DNA of 63,822 nucleotides, counting the filler, from Globobulimina sp. (Eukaryota), in the NCBI GenBank assembly GCA_003354225.1. It is 39 parts of 39 records of this genome, joined end to end, with 100 filler letters (N's around TTAATTAATTAA, not from the genome) between each part and the next. Parts side by side here need not be neighbours in the genome. Positions count along the whole stretch, not along the records: positions 34,435 to 35,973 come from PIVH01015113.1; positions 36,074 to 37,612 come from PIVH01015114.1; positions 37,713 to 39,251 come from PIVH01015115.1; positions 39,352 to 40,890 come from PIVH01015116.1; positions 40,991 to 42,528 come from PIVH01015117.1; positions 42,629 to 44,166 come from PIVH01015118.1; positions 44,267 to 45,804 come from PIVH01015119.1; 32 more parts are not named here. One strand, 5' to 3'. The notes below the pieces were generated by a model. It saw only the letters and a list, made by a program, of their open reading frames with translations. It made no database searches and was not told where the DNA came from. Of the stretch, positions 34,820 through 45,904 are shown piece by piece (within the stretch, counting starts at the first letter, position 1; every line of letters begins with the position of its first letter). The translations under genes were made by a program, and so were the position numbers.

Positions 34820-35973
34820 TTATCTTCTAATTGAATGAGCTCTTCGTCGCTTAAACAACGTTCCGTTTTCATCCACATCTGACTTGTTTTTAGAATCTAA
34901 TGATTTATAACGTTGGTTGAAGGAGGCCTCAATGACAATATGCTGAACGTCAGCAAATACCTTTTGTATATTATCCTGATCCGTGGCACAAGTAATATGC
35001 GTAAATATATTCTTTCGGTTCAGCATATTATTCAAAGAGGTGAATGCTTCCCGAATATGTTTGATACTGTCATCAAATGAGGTGAGTGGTCCAGTATAGT
35101 CAGAAAAGGATGGACCTGGCAACGTATACATTGATTTAGTTGGTTTAGTTGCAAATAAATATAGTAACCTAACATTTGGTGATAGGGACATTTAAGATTT
35201 TCTTTGCAAATAAATCTGATTTGTTTAGGAATAATATCATTGAACTCTCGCTTAATGCGTCGCAGTTACAGATTTTATCAAATAATTCTAATTGATCTGT
35301 CATACTGTTTGTGCTGTAATCTTCAAATAATACTTCATCGTAACAACTTAAACTGGCCACGAATATCACTGCAGTCACTTGGTCGAAATGTTTGATCCAT
35401 TTCTTACGTTCACTCCTCGCTCCACCAACATCAACGAAGGAAAATAAGCCTTTTCCATCTGGCATCTCATATTTTTCCTCATTGGTTTCTATATATATAT
35501 ATATTACACATATTATATATTAATAGATGTAATAATGTGTGCACGCATACCAGTGGTCCTATATTTGAGTAATAATATATCAGCTTCATCAGGTACATAA
35601 CCGATAGTATTTAACTCATCCAATTTATCCCAAAAATATGCAGAGGAATCGGCAATTTTGGTGATATTTCGCATTGCATACATTTTCTGAATGGCGGGTT
35701 CTGCCCACAAACATTTTATGGCACAAACAATATCATCATTTAGTCGATATTCAGTGTAATGAACATTAGATAAAAATGCTTCCGCTTCTTTACCAGATTC
35801 AGATAATTCAATTGATTCAGGATCAATCTCTTCGAATTCATCCACATCTTGTTTAAATTCAATATATTTATTTTCATATTCTTCCAATACGCGACAGGCA
35901 GATTGCATTTGTGCGATGATTTGCTGATGAATACGCGATACAAATCGGCTCCTTTCGGCGTGGTTAAATCCGC
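34820..35973 (-). CDS. Heterotrimeric G-protein alpha subunit, atypical switch residues, 5' partial
   Basis: Helical domain (LWAEPAIQ, DSSAYFWD), DILLLKYRTT, DVGGARSERKKW, ILFLNKSDLF and HITCATD; two in-phase GT-AG introns. Confidence 0.93.
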
Positions 35974-36219
35974 NNNNNNNNNNNNNNNNNNNNNNNNNNN
36001 NNNNNNNNNNNNNNNNNTTAATTAATTAANNNNNNNNNNNNNNNNNNNNNNNNNNNNNNNNNNNNNNNNNNNNTTAATGATTTGTGCTTTTCTATCTGCA
36101 TAATGACAATCTGTAGTTTGAAAAGCTTTACTAGAACTTCGTGAAAATCTTAAAATCAGGGTTATCACCTCACAAACAACACACATTTTTAAACAGTAAA
36201 AAGTTTACAAATACAAATT

Positions 36220-37197
36220 TTAAAACCTATAATATGGCGAATCTTCAATTTCTCGATTGATGCGTTTCTGCATTTTGAATTTAACACATTTTTGGCAGCA
36301 GAAATAACATCCTCTATGACATAAGCAGCAAGTTTTCAAATACAATGATGTGCTGAATGTGAAATTCAAATAGACCATGATCATAATAACTATATTTTCA
36401 ATAGCTCGCAGACTGTAACTCAGTTCAAATTCGATGGATGGCGTAAATGAGGTTTCGTTGACTAAAAAATGGTCAATAAATGTTGTGATGAAAAATAAAC
36501 TGTTAAACACAATGATAATCGATCCTAAAACACTCTGTCTGGTCATCACATGAATCATTGTGTTTTGTTTTGCATTAAAATTTAAATCAATATCCTTCGC
36601 ATTTGGAGAGAATGCAAGCTCAGCGAAATAACTATCATTCAGTAAATGTTGTAATTTCTTTACAAATAATGCCAACAAAATAGCATCCATCAATACGCCA
36701 TTTATGATCAACAAAATCAAATATTTCTCAGATTCTTTGTAAAATTGGAATTCTGGACACGTTGCTATAACATATAAATATCCGCCAATACTTATCGATA
36801 ATATGCTGGTTATCAGCAACACAAAAAATACCACAAACTTTGATACCGCATATTTCGTAGCATTAAAAGTAAAATATATTTTACCAAATACGTAAATATA
36901 CAGCGAGAGCGAGCCAATGAAATACATGATATCTGCGACAATAATGATAACAAATAAACGTTCAGTGTCAGATGGTGGGATATCGTTTGTATATGCAATT
37001 AGCATATGAATCAAATCTCCAATACTCGATGATATGCAACATGAGAAACAAATAATTGATGATCGTTTGAAAAATGGAACAATTTCGGTTTGGTAACAAA
37101 ATAATTGTGCTAAGAACAAGATAAAAATAACAGCCATTAGCAAGACACTGCTGGCAATCACAGCAATTACAATCATTTCGTCACAGTTTGGAGTCAT
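36220..37197 (-). CDS. Divergent 7TM/GPCR-like protein, complete and intronless
   Basis: Seven TM helices, TM5 end 'LFVKKL' and a Cys-rich helix 8 'YLKTCCLCH'. Confidence 0.75.
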   Translation of the reverse strand: MTPNCDEMIVIAVIASSVLLMAVIFILFLAQLFCYQTEIVPFFKRSSIICFSCCISSSIGDLIHMLIAYTNDIPPSDTERLFVIIIVADIMYFIGSLSLYIYVFGKIYFTFNATKYAVSKFVVFFVLLITSILSISIGGYLYVIATCPEFQFYKESEKYLILLIINGVLMDAILLALFVKKLQHLLNDSYFAELAFSPNAKDIDLNFNAKQNTMIHVMTRQSVLGSIIIVFNSLFFITTFIDHFLVNETSFTPSIEFELSYSLRAIENIVIMIMVYLNFTFSTSLYLKTCCLCHRGCYFCCQKCVKFKMQKRINREIEDSPYYRF

Positions 37198-37712
37198 TGT
37201 AAAAAGTATTTTTTTTTAGTTGAAATTTCAAAACTTACGTTGCTAAAGGTGCTAAAGGTACATTTACAGATCGAGTTGTCAAATGTTGCTTGGTCATGAT
37301 AAGAAAAAAAAAGTCATGATAAAGCCTTCTCCAACATTCGCATATAAGTATTGAAATCTTGCATACAAATATTCACATCGTCCATACAAGAAAAAGGTTG
37401 TTGAATCTTTTGAAATATTATAAATAAAAGAACTGATGGTGATGCTGGCGTATCTTGTATTTTCTTAGGCAGCCATACTTTATCCAGTATTTCATCGCTA
37501 AGATGACATGCTTTCATTGCCTCGTCCATATCTAAATTAATACACAACCACCTTCTTTCGAGAAACTTTGCTTTATACTCTTTCATTTCCGTACAAAAAT
37601 CTTTTGGAATCANNNNNNNNNNNNNNNNNNNNNNNNNNNNNNNNNNNNNNNNNNNNTTAATTAATTAANNNNNNNNNNNNNNNNNNNNNNNNNNNNNNNN
37701 NNNNNNNNNNNN

Positions 37713-38733
37713 GACTCGATGTAGAGAAATATATTTGCATACAAACCCCTTTAGAGATCATATACACTCCACCATAGGTTCCAAGCACTCGAACTCAAGG
37801 CGAATTCGACCGGATAAATTCCAAAGGTCTAATGAAAGCAAAGGATTTCGAGTCATTAATCCATGCCGCAAATCGAAATGATAAAGATGACTTTTTTTTG
37901 GGACCGATTGATCGATGGAGCAGCCCGGTGTATTGGCAGAAATATCTTAATGTGGAAAGGAGTGAACTCATGTTTAAAAGTTTAAGACAAGATTTAGCCA
38001 ACAGATATTCTGGAAATCCTGAATTCGCACAGATTATCAATCTTAGCACTAATCAGGAATTAGAAGAGTTAATACAAAAAATGGGCAGCAAAAGAGCTCA
38101 GATTGAACAACGAGTCTATTTTGGAGAGGATATTGTTGCAGGCAGTGATGATGCTTATTTTGTTGAGCTGAGAATGGCAAATACATTGAAATGATTATGA
38201 CTGTATGGCCTGATTCTAAGTTTCTGACAACACGTCGTAAGGAAGATAATATATTCCAATATCATATGTTTATTCAACGAAACAAAGACTTTTCTGTTTA
38301 TCAATGGTTACAACAAAAATCAAATACACCTCAGTTATCACTGCGGTTACATTGTGCTGCGATGATAGCATTAGATGCCAAATATATGGTAAGTAATCCA
38401 GTGGAGCATATGAAAGGTATGTTGCTTAAAGAAGACAATGGAGCATATTTTGAGAAAATAAATGAGACGGCTTTCAAGGAGAGAGCAGGTCCTGGCAATG
38501 GACCAAATTTGATAGCAGGAGTTAGTATGATATCCACACCAAGATTCCGTACCTTTTGTAATAAGTTAATCATTGCTTATAGAGGTGGTAGTGGTGGTGG
38601 TGGGCAAAGTAAAAGTAGACGTAGATCTAGATCAAGAGATAGAGATAGATCAAGAGATAGAGATAGAGATAGAGGTAGAGGTAGAAATGATAGAGGTGAT
38701 CAAAGAGGTGGTGATAGATATGATAGACGATAA
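37713..38733 (+). other. Frameshifted ORF with RS/RD-rich tail; possibly a retroelement ORF1
   Basis: Two ORFs joined at an ATGA overlap, ending in RSRSRDRDR...GGDRYDRR. Followed about 200 bp later by an A/C-rich ORF. Confidence 0.3.
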
Positions 38734-38939
38734 ATGAGTTGTGATTTTCTGTGCTACGATGTTTATTTTAATAATTGCCTGCAAAACACTTATTCCACTG
38801 CATTTTTTTATTTTTTGGAAACGTTCGTCAGGTGACACTTACTGTCAATTCCTCAATCATCACATTTAAACTTGTGAACATACTTTGATAATCATCTGTG
38901 AACACTAAAAATAATAACAGTTTTCCCACTTCAGTACAG

Positions 38940-39251
38940 ATGGCGGCAACAACTGTGAGTACAATGTCCAAACGTAACGTCACCGAAATAAATGGTGACA
39001 ACCTTGATGACAGTCAATGGATCCAACCATCCAAAAAACAGAAAGTAGGCAATGTACGCCAGAGCCAGTCATTCAATCCAACATTTCTCTCTGAACGTGA
39101 TTTACAACACGAAGAAGATGTAAAATTACACCCATACTATTTCAAAAATTGGCAATTTTACATTCAAACCAAACAGGAAGCAATTGATGACATTGAGGCC
39201 ATTCTAGACAAACACAACAACAACGTACCTAACGACCATCCAATATCATGG
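38940..39251 (+). CDS. Unknown ORF start (possibly a LINE ORF2 N-terminus)
   Basis: ATG, NLS-like PSKKQK, and an A/C-rich coding strand like the LINE contigs at 3550 and 39596. Confidence 0.3.
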
Positions 39252-39595
39252 NNNNNNNNNNNNNNNNNNNNNNNNNNNNNNNNNNNNNNNNNNNNTTAAT
39301 TAATTAANNNNNNNNNNNNNNNNNNNNNNNNNNNNNNNNNNNNNNNNNNNNGCAATTTCGTCATTTCTTGCAAACTTGCTATTTTTTGTGTGTTTGGTTC
39401 CTTTTTGTGTTATACACAATATCCTCCCGTTATATGCGCGTATCATTTGTATTATATTCTTTTTATCCTTCTCTCATTTTTTAGTTATTATTAATTGTTA
39501 CGTGCCTTTAATTATTCTGAATTTAACTTCAGTGCTCATTGCAGCAATAAAAACAATAAATTATATCACAATAAAATGCAACAGAGACCGAGCCA

Positions 39596-40890
39596 ATGAC
39601 TGAACAGTCGAAATATAACACGGGATATATGATCAGCACTGTAGAGGCACAACACACACAAGTCCTGTACCGCTACATTGAAAAAAATCAGCATTCTATA
39701 CGCGCGTACTTCAAACACATACAAATTATAATGCACAAGTCCTTCCGCTGGGTCACGTTGCGAATGCCAGTCCACCGCTACAATCCCATTAAATATCATA
39801 TCCTTCAGAACTTTCCTAAACACATTCGATTGCGCTTCAAAAAGATTCCATATCCAGACTCCACCGTTGAGGACATTCCTTGTGCACAGCTACACGCATA
39901 TAACCGTGACCCCGCAGTGATAAAATCCATTTTTGATTTTATAAATAAATTTGATTACATTGATGGTGAGCCTTCGGTCCAACAGTCCATAAAACATAGT
40001 AAGTATCATATTCGTTGGAATGTCCCCGAATGCAAAGATCCAGAGCAAATCATGTTGCACTGGCAATCTCTTCAACGTTATAATTCTGCCAATTTACATC
40101 CAATTAACAGGGAGCATCAGATAAACAATATGAAAAATAATGCCATAATATCTCTCAATCAACTTTTCAAATACGCCACCAATAAACATTACTCCTCACA
40201 CCCCAATCTCCGCCGATACAAAAAATACCTCATCCATAAAACAATCCAATCCCACATAAATAATGAATTCTACACAGATGATGATTTACCAAATATCATC
40301 CAAAAATTTCCCTTCTTACAAATGTATGCCCCTGAAATAGAACCAATCACTGCCACAAAGATTAGAATAAAAAATCTCTCCATTGGCTTTCTGAATATCA
40401 ATGGCAATACCAAATACAAAACACAACACACCCACCCCTATATGCAACAGTTGGTGGTGCAACATAAACTCGATCTGATTTGCTTAATTGACACGCGTTG
40501 CGTTGCCAGACCCACTTGGAATGTCCCTGGCTACTCCCTTGTGGCCCACAGACCCCCATTGCACGCCAACAACTTCTCCCATATTGGTGGCGTCATAATA
40601 TATAAGAAACGAACCCTAAAAAACAAAATACAATATGTACAAAAAACCAGAGGTGTCAATACTGTGTGGCTGTCGATAGATTTTGAATCCCATTCCAAAT
40701 CAACATACATCTCGGTCAATTATGTCAGACCGCACAGCACAAACAAACCCGAGCGCAGTTCCAAATTCTATAATGCTCTGTCTGCTGATATTCAGAGGTT
40801 TAAGCCGCTCTGCGGGAACATGTTCGTTATTGGTGATTTCAATGCTCGATTGGGCTCTGAAACCACAGATCATAATAAAAATGCCCATTA
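39596..40890 (+). mobile_element. Non-LTR retrotransposon ORF with long N-terminal extension and APE endonuclease
   Basis: GFLNING, DLICLIDT, PGY, GGVIIY, YVRP and IGDFNARLG, after about 260 aa of unrecognised sequence. Confidence 0.85.
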
Positions 40891-41082
40891 NNNNNNNNNN
40901 NNNNNNNNNNNNNNNNNNNNNNNNNNNNNNNNNNTTAATTAATTAANNNNNNNNNNNNNNNNNNNNNNNNNNNNNNNNNNNNNNNNNNNNTGTTATTCAA
41001 ATTGTTGATAGCAAGGTATTATCAGCATTTTTGTTGCAATTTTAAAACACTGCTTCACACGGTTTACAACATGAAAACACAA

Positions 41083-42456
41083 AACTGAAAAGAGATTATT
41101 CTATGAAGATGAAAAAAGCGACAAGTTTGAGGATATTTTAATTGAAATAAACAAGAAAAGTGAACGGAAATTTATTTGGCCAGAAAATGGTGAAGAAATT
41201 ATGCAATTCATTGAAAAAGCAATCAATGCCATCGAATCCAATAAAATTGAAAATTGTATGTATTTATAAGTATTAACAAACTGTTTTTCTATCAGAAATT
41301 TCAAGCATTTTTTTTCCTGCACAAATATTTGTTTTTTTTGTTGTTGTGAATACAGTTTGCATCAAATTGAATGATTTATTATGTTTGAAAACATTCATTA
41401 TTGGGAATAGTTTGAGTGCAGCGGATATTGTCTGTTATGTATCAATTTATCCCTATTTTTCAGATATTGACTCAGATAAAAGATATTGTAAATTAATCAA
41501 TGTCTCACGATGGTGTGATACGATACAATTTAATCTTAAATCATTCACTGATTTACAACCAATTTCTATCTCAAAATCTGTTCCAATACAAAAAAAAGTT
41601 AAAAAAAAGAAAGATCAAAACAAGAAAGATGAAAAACAGAAAGCACAAATTAAAGATAAAGGCAAAGCAAAGAAAAACAAACAATTAGTTTAGTTTTATG
41701 CATGTCATCATAATTCCATATTTTTTCCTTGTTAGTAACAACATTTTTGAGTGAAAAAACCATCATTTTTTCAGGTTTGCATCATGTCACCTTTGCGAGT
41801 GAAAGGCTTACTTTCCGTTTGAATGTGCTTTGAATGTATTTATCACGTTTATGTCGTCCACCAAACATCATTACTGGCTGCAAATTGTTGTATTTTTCTA
41901 AACTACCATGGCATTACATAAATAATCACCATTTTTGTGCATACCATGAACGATCTGATGATTTACTGGACAATGATGGTGGTTTAATGCTGCTTAAGTC
42001 ACATAGTTCTAACTTGGAGGTTTTCTTTCTTTCCTTTCTTTATGTTTTTTAATTATAAAAATATACCAAAACAATATAGAAATCAAAACAAAATTTAACC
42101 GATCATCGCGAAGAAATTGAATTCATCCAACATCGCATAAATATATTTAGCAACATTTACCAACGACAATGTACAGAACGTGATAACTTATCCGACGAAG
42201 AGATCAAAATCACGCTCCCCGATGGTTCCATAAAAAGCGGATTCAAATTTAAAACAACCCCCTTACAAATCGCCCAGAGTATATCCAAAGGCTTAGCCAA
42301 AGCTTGCATCGTCGCCAAAGTCAATGGCAAATTGTGGGATTTAACCCGTCCGTTACCAGGCGATGTCGATTTAGTGCTATTAAAATGGGATAGCGACGAA
42401 GCAAAAACTGTATTTTGGCACTCTTCATCTCACGTTCTTGGCCAATCCATGGAAAG
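41083..42456 (+). CDS. TARS: Cytosolic threonyl-tRNA synthetase N-terminus (TGS and start of editing domain) with upstream GST-C-like exon
   Basis: IKITLPDG, TTPLQIA..ISKGLA, AKVNGKLWDLTRPL and FWHSSSHVLG. The upstream exon 'LNDLL..KTFIIGNSLSAADIVCY..NVSRWCDTIQ' joins in phase via intron 41688-42079. Confidence 0.85.
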
Positions 42457-43047
42457 GTATAAATATACACATTTTCCAGAAATTTCTATGCTTTCGGATT
42501 TTTACGCACGTCACACTTCGAAACAAAANNNNNNNNNNNNNNNNNNNNNNNNNNNNNNNNNNNNNNNNNNNNTTAATTAATTAANNNNNNNNNNNNNNNN
42601 NNNNNNNNNNNNNNNNNNNNNNNNNNNNGGATTATGCGGAATGTATTGTTGAATGTTGTGGATGGACTGCGAGAACACCAAAGAATACGTACCGGATACA
42701 AATGGTAAACAAAACACAGGTTTATTATCCTTTGATGGTGCAACATTATGATAAATTAAAATATGTTTTGACTTTCATTAAAAAGAGGATTGATGTGGTT
42801 CATGCTTTGTATGCAAAATGATTAAATTGCTCCAATAAATATTATAATTCCACAAATAATTAAAGCAAATCCCAATGAATACTGCAAAACAATAATTCAA
42901 TGGTAATTTGTGGCGTTACAATAAAATATGTTTTTGTTGTTCTGTACCAAATGGATTCCATTTCAATTAACGCCAATATAAGTGTCGCGATTAGAATTGA
43001 GTCAAAAAGTTTTTTAGTGTTTTTGCAATTCTTATCGAGTGCATAAA

Positions 43048-43116
43048 TCTCATGTAGCTTAATTGGAAGAGCACTGATTTTAGCCAGAGCTCCAGGTTCA
43101 AATCCTGGCGTGGGAT
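43048..43116 (+). ncRNA. tRNA-like element with shortened anticodon arm
   Basis: Acceptor TCTCATG/CGTGGGA (7 bp), D stem GCTT/GAGC and T arm CCAGG-TTCAAAT-CCTGG. The anticodon arm is only CTG-ATTTTAGC-CAG. A T7 run follows at 43151-43157. Confidence 0.65.
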
Positions 43117-43219
43117 ATTGGAGGGATGGCGCATCAATCCTGGTTTGTTATTTTTTTGTTATAGTTATGAACAACAATTAATAATTAATTATATTCGATA
43201 TAACTAGAAATCAATTCAA

Positions 43220-44166
43220 ATGACGAAACCTCTACAACCACTACAAAATCGACCAAGTCCGCTTTGGCCATAATACCAGATTCAAAGGATTAAGTAAACA
43301 ACATTCCATACAATCGACGATATCCATCAACACCATCAATAAATGAGAATGACAATGAATATGATTACGATTACAGTGATTCTGACGATGATGTCGTGAT
43401 TAATCACTATTCGTTTCCTACGCGTGCGCCCATTATAAGACCGCCTAAAAAAGTGATTGAAAAAGCACAGCGACAGCACAAAATTGCACAAATTCAAGCG
43501 AGGCAGCAACGGCGGCCATCACCGCCTCCATCTCCACAAAAACTGGTATAATTTTATCATGAATAATGTTTTTGAAAATAAATTTTTAAGTTATTTGAGG
43601 AAGAAAACGAAGGAGAGACCGGCATCGAGATAAAGGACATGACAATACAGCAAATGTTGGATAATTTGGAGAATTTCGAAGGTGACCAAGTCGATGCCAT
43701 TTTAGCTAAATTATTGCCAAAAAATAATATGGATCACAGCAATAACAATAACTACAACCCACAGCGTTGAGAATTAATAATTTGACTGTAAATAATGAGA
43801 ATGAATATGATTATGATGATTCCGACGAAGATTCGAACTATGTTTCACATCCAAATCCGGAGCAATTTCCATCATATCCAAAATAAAGACGATCACAATG
43901 CGGATTTGGATTTTATTGCTAAATCCATGGCGGAGACAAATAACGATTCGCATTCACCGCAACTCTCTCCATTAAACCATAGCAAATCGATTAAAACTTA
44001 CCAACAATATAAAAATGAACAGGTTTGCGATTATTGCTTGCGGTTTGAAACTGGAATTTATTTGTTTTTTGTTAGGAAAAGTATGAAGATAATGGCCATT
44101 CCGATGAACAAATGGAAAAAGTTAGAAATGAAATGGAACAAATTGCAAAATATTATTCAGATATTT
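43220..44166 (+). pseudogene. Low-complexity acidic/Pro-rich gene remnant
   Basis: Coding-like segments with introns, interrupted by in-frame stops and frameshifts. Confidence 0.35.
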
Positions 44167-44477
44167 NNNNNNNNNNNNNNNNNNNNNNNNNNNNNNNNNN
44201 NNNNNNNNNNTTAATTAATTAANNNNNNNNNNNNNNNNNNNNNNNNNNNNNNNNNNNNNNNNNNNNAGACAATACTGTTTAAAACACTGTTTAATTTTTA
44301 CACGGAAAAAAGTGCAAGTTTGATGATATGTAAAAACAGTATATAGCATACTGTTCAACACAACACACTATTATTTTGATATGTATTAAACGAGTGTTGT
44401 TTTCGTGTGAAAAGTACTTGTCGGAAATTTCTAGAAAAGCACAAAGCGGTCAAAACCTTAAGTTTTAACTTAAGACA

Positions 44478-45311
44478 ATGCAAATCATACCAGCTGATCA
44501 ATTAAAAGCATTCGAATGGCTAAAAGATGCGCATCATGAAAAAGTATTGCTTGTAAAGACAGAATATATTGATAAGACTGTGGATGTAGAATATACACAT
44601 TTATTAGACATTGCAGTATGCATTAAAGTAAGCAAAGGTGATGCAGAAAATGCATCCATTGCGTTTAAAAATGTATCACCATCTTTAGACTGTATGAAAT
44701 GTCAAAGAGTATATAGGACAGTATCATTCCGTGCAGATGGTAGTAGTTCATGTAGTGGCTGCGGTGCTGGATTTGATTCAAATTTATCTCAATTTTATGA
44801 AGATGGAGAGCGAGATGGTCGATATCCAGGACAGATTTTGAAATATCAATCTTATGTGTCTACCAAACCAAAAATTGTAATGGGAATATATACGTTGGGA
44901 TTACGATGGGAACCTTTCATAAGTTGCAAATATGCAACACGAAAATCAGAAGGAGGCCCAACCACATCCGCATGCAGAGGATGGAGCAGGGTACATTTTG
45001 GTATTTATTGTAGGATTTGTGGGGAAAATAAAAAACAAAGTTATAGCATTCAATCAAATGCAGGATGGGAGAAAGGTCGACAAATCAAAATAAGAGGACC
45101 AGTGTTTGCATGTAAACATGTTAAATGTGATGAATTTATCAGAAATGAGGGAGCCAGGTCTCAACCATTCATACAATGCAGAAAAATCGCTGGAAATAGA
45201 AATGGTGAAATTGTTGAATTGTTGCAGCATATTTTTAAGGAAACAGTCCCAAAGGGAATCATTGAAATGTTAGTTGCGTTCGCAGCCGGTGATTGGTATA
45301 CATTTGAGTGA
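44478..45311 (+). CDS. Cys-rich (multiple CxxC) protein of unknown function
   Basis: Complete ORF with CMKC, CSGC, CRIC and CKHVKC; ends in 'VPKGIIEMLVAFA'. Confidence 0.6.
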   Translation: MQIIPADQLKAFEWLKDAHHEKVLLVKTEYIDKTVDVEYTHLLDIAVCIKVSKGDAENASIAFKNVSPSLDCMKCQRVYRTVSFRADGSSSCSGCGAGFDSNLSQFYEDGERDGRYPGQILKYQSYVSTKPKIVMGIYTLGLRWEPFISCKYATRKSEGGPTTSACRGWSRVHFGIYCRICGENKKQSYSIQSNAGWEKGRQIKIRGPVFACKHVKCDEFIRNEGARSQPFIQCRKIAGNRNGEIVELLQHIFKETVPKGIIEMLVAFAAGDWYTFE

Positions 45312-45362
45312 TGAAAGTTTTTTTAGTCATCTTGTTAGTTAGTAACAAAATATAGCTCAAGC

Positions 45363-45804
45363 ATGGCAATGGCATCAGAAGAAAAAGCAAATGAATCGGA
45401 TGAAAAAGAAATATATGAACTAACATCGAAACTTAAACAAAATCTAGAGATAAAGACTAGAAAATATCTACTCACGCATTATCCAAAATGTTTTGTTGGC
45501 AGTGAGGCTGTGACTTATATGGTAGATACAAACATCTCCAGCACCCGGAAAGAAGCCATACATTTAATGAAAATGTTGTTAGCCGCCAATATAATTCGTC
45601 ATGTTACCAACGATCACGATTTTAAAGACGAGAAGAAATTTTACATGTTCTCGTCGGATGAACCATCCCATGGTCAAAAAGAAAAAAAAAACGAATCCAA
45701 TCAAGACTGGTCGTGGAGCGATTTCATACCGGGACGATTCAAAAATAATTCGCAAGAACAAAAATATAATTTACAGCCACAAATCGAAGAACTAAATAAC
45801 GAGC
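45363..45804 (+). CDS. DEP-domain protein, 3' partial
   Basis: IKTRKYLLTHYPKCFVGSEAVTYM...RKEAI..IIRHV...FKDEKKFYMF. Confidence 0.88.
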
Positions 45805-45904
45805 NNNNNNNNNNNNNNNNNNNNNNNNNNNNNNNNNNNNNNNNNNNNTTAATTAATTAANNNNNNNNNNNNNNNNNNNNNNNNNNNNNNNNNNNNNNNN
45901 NNNN

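Noticed and set aside
38191-38194. ATGA stop-start overlap suggesting translational coupling
   Set aside because: A further frame break occurs upstream near 37775, so decay or sequencing error is the simpler explanation.
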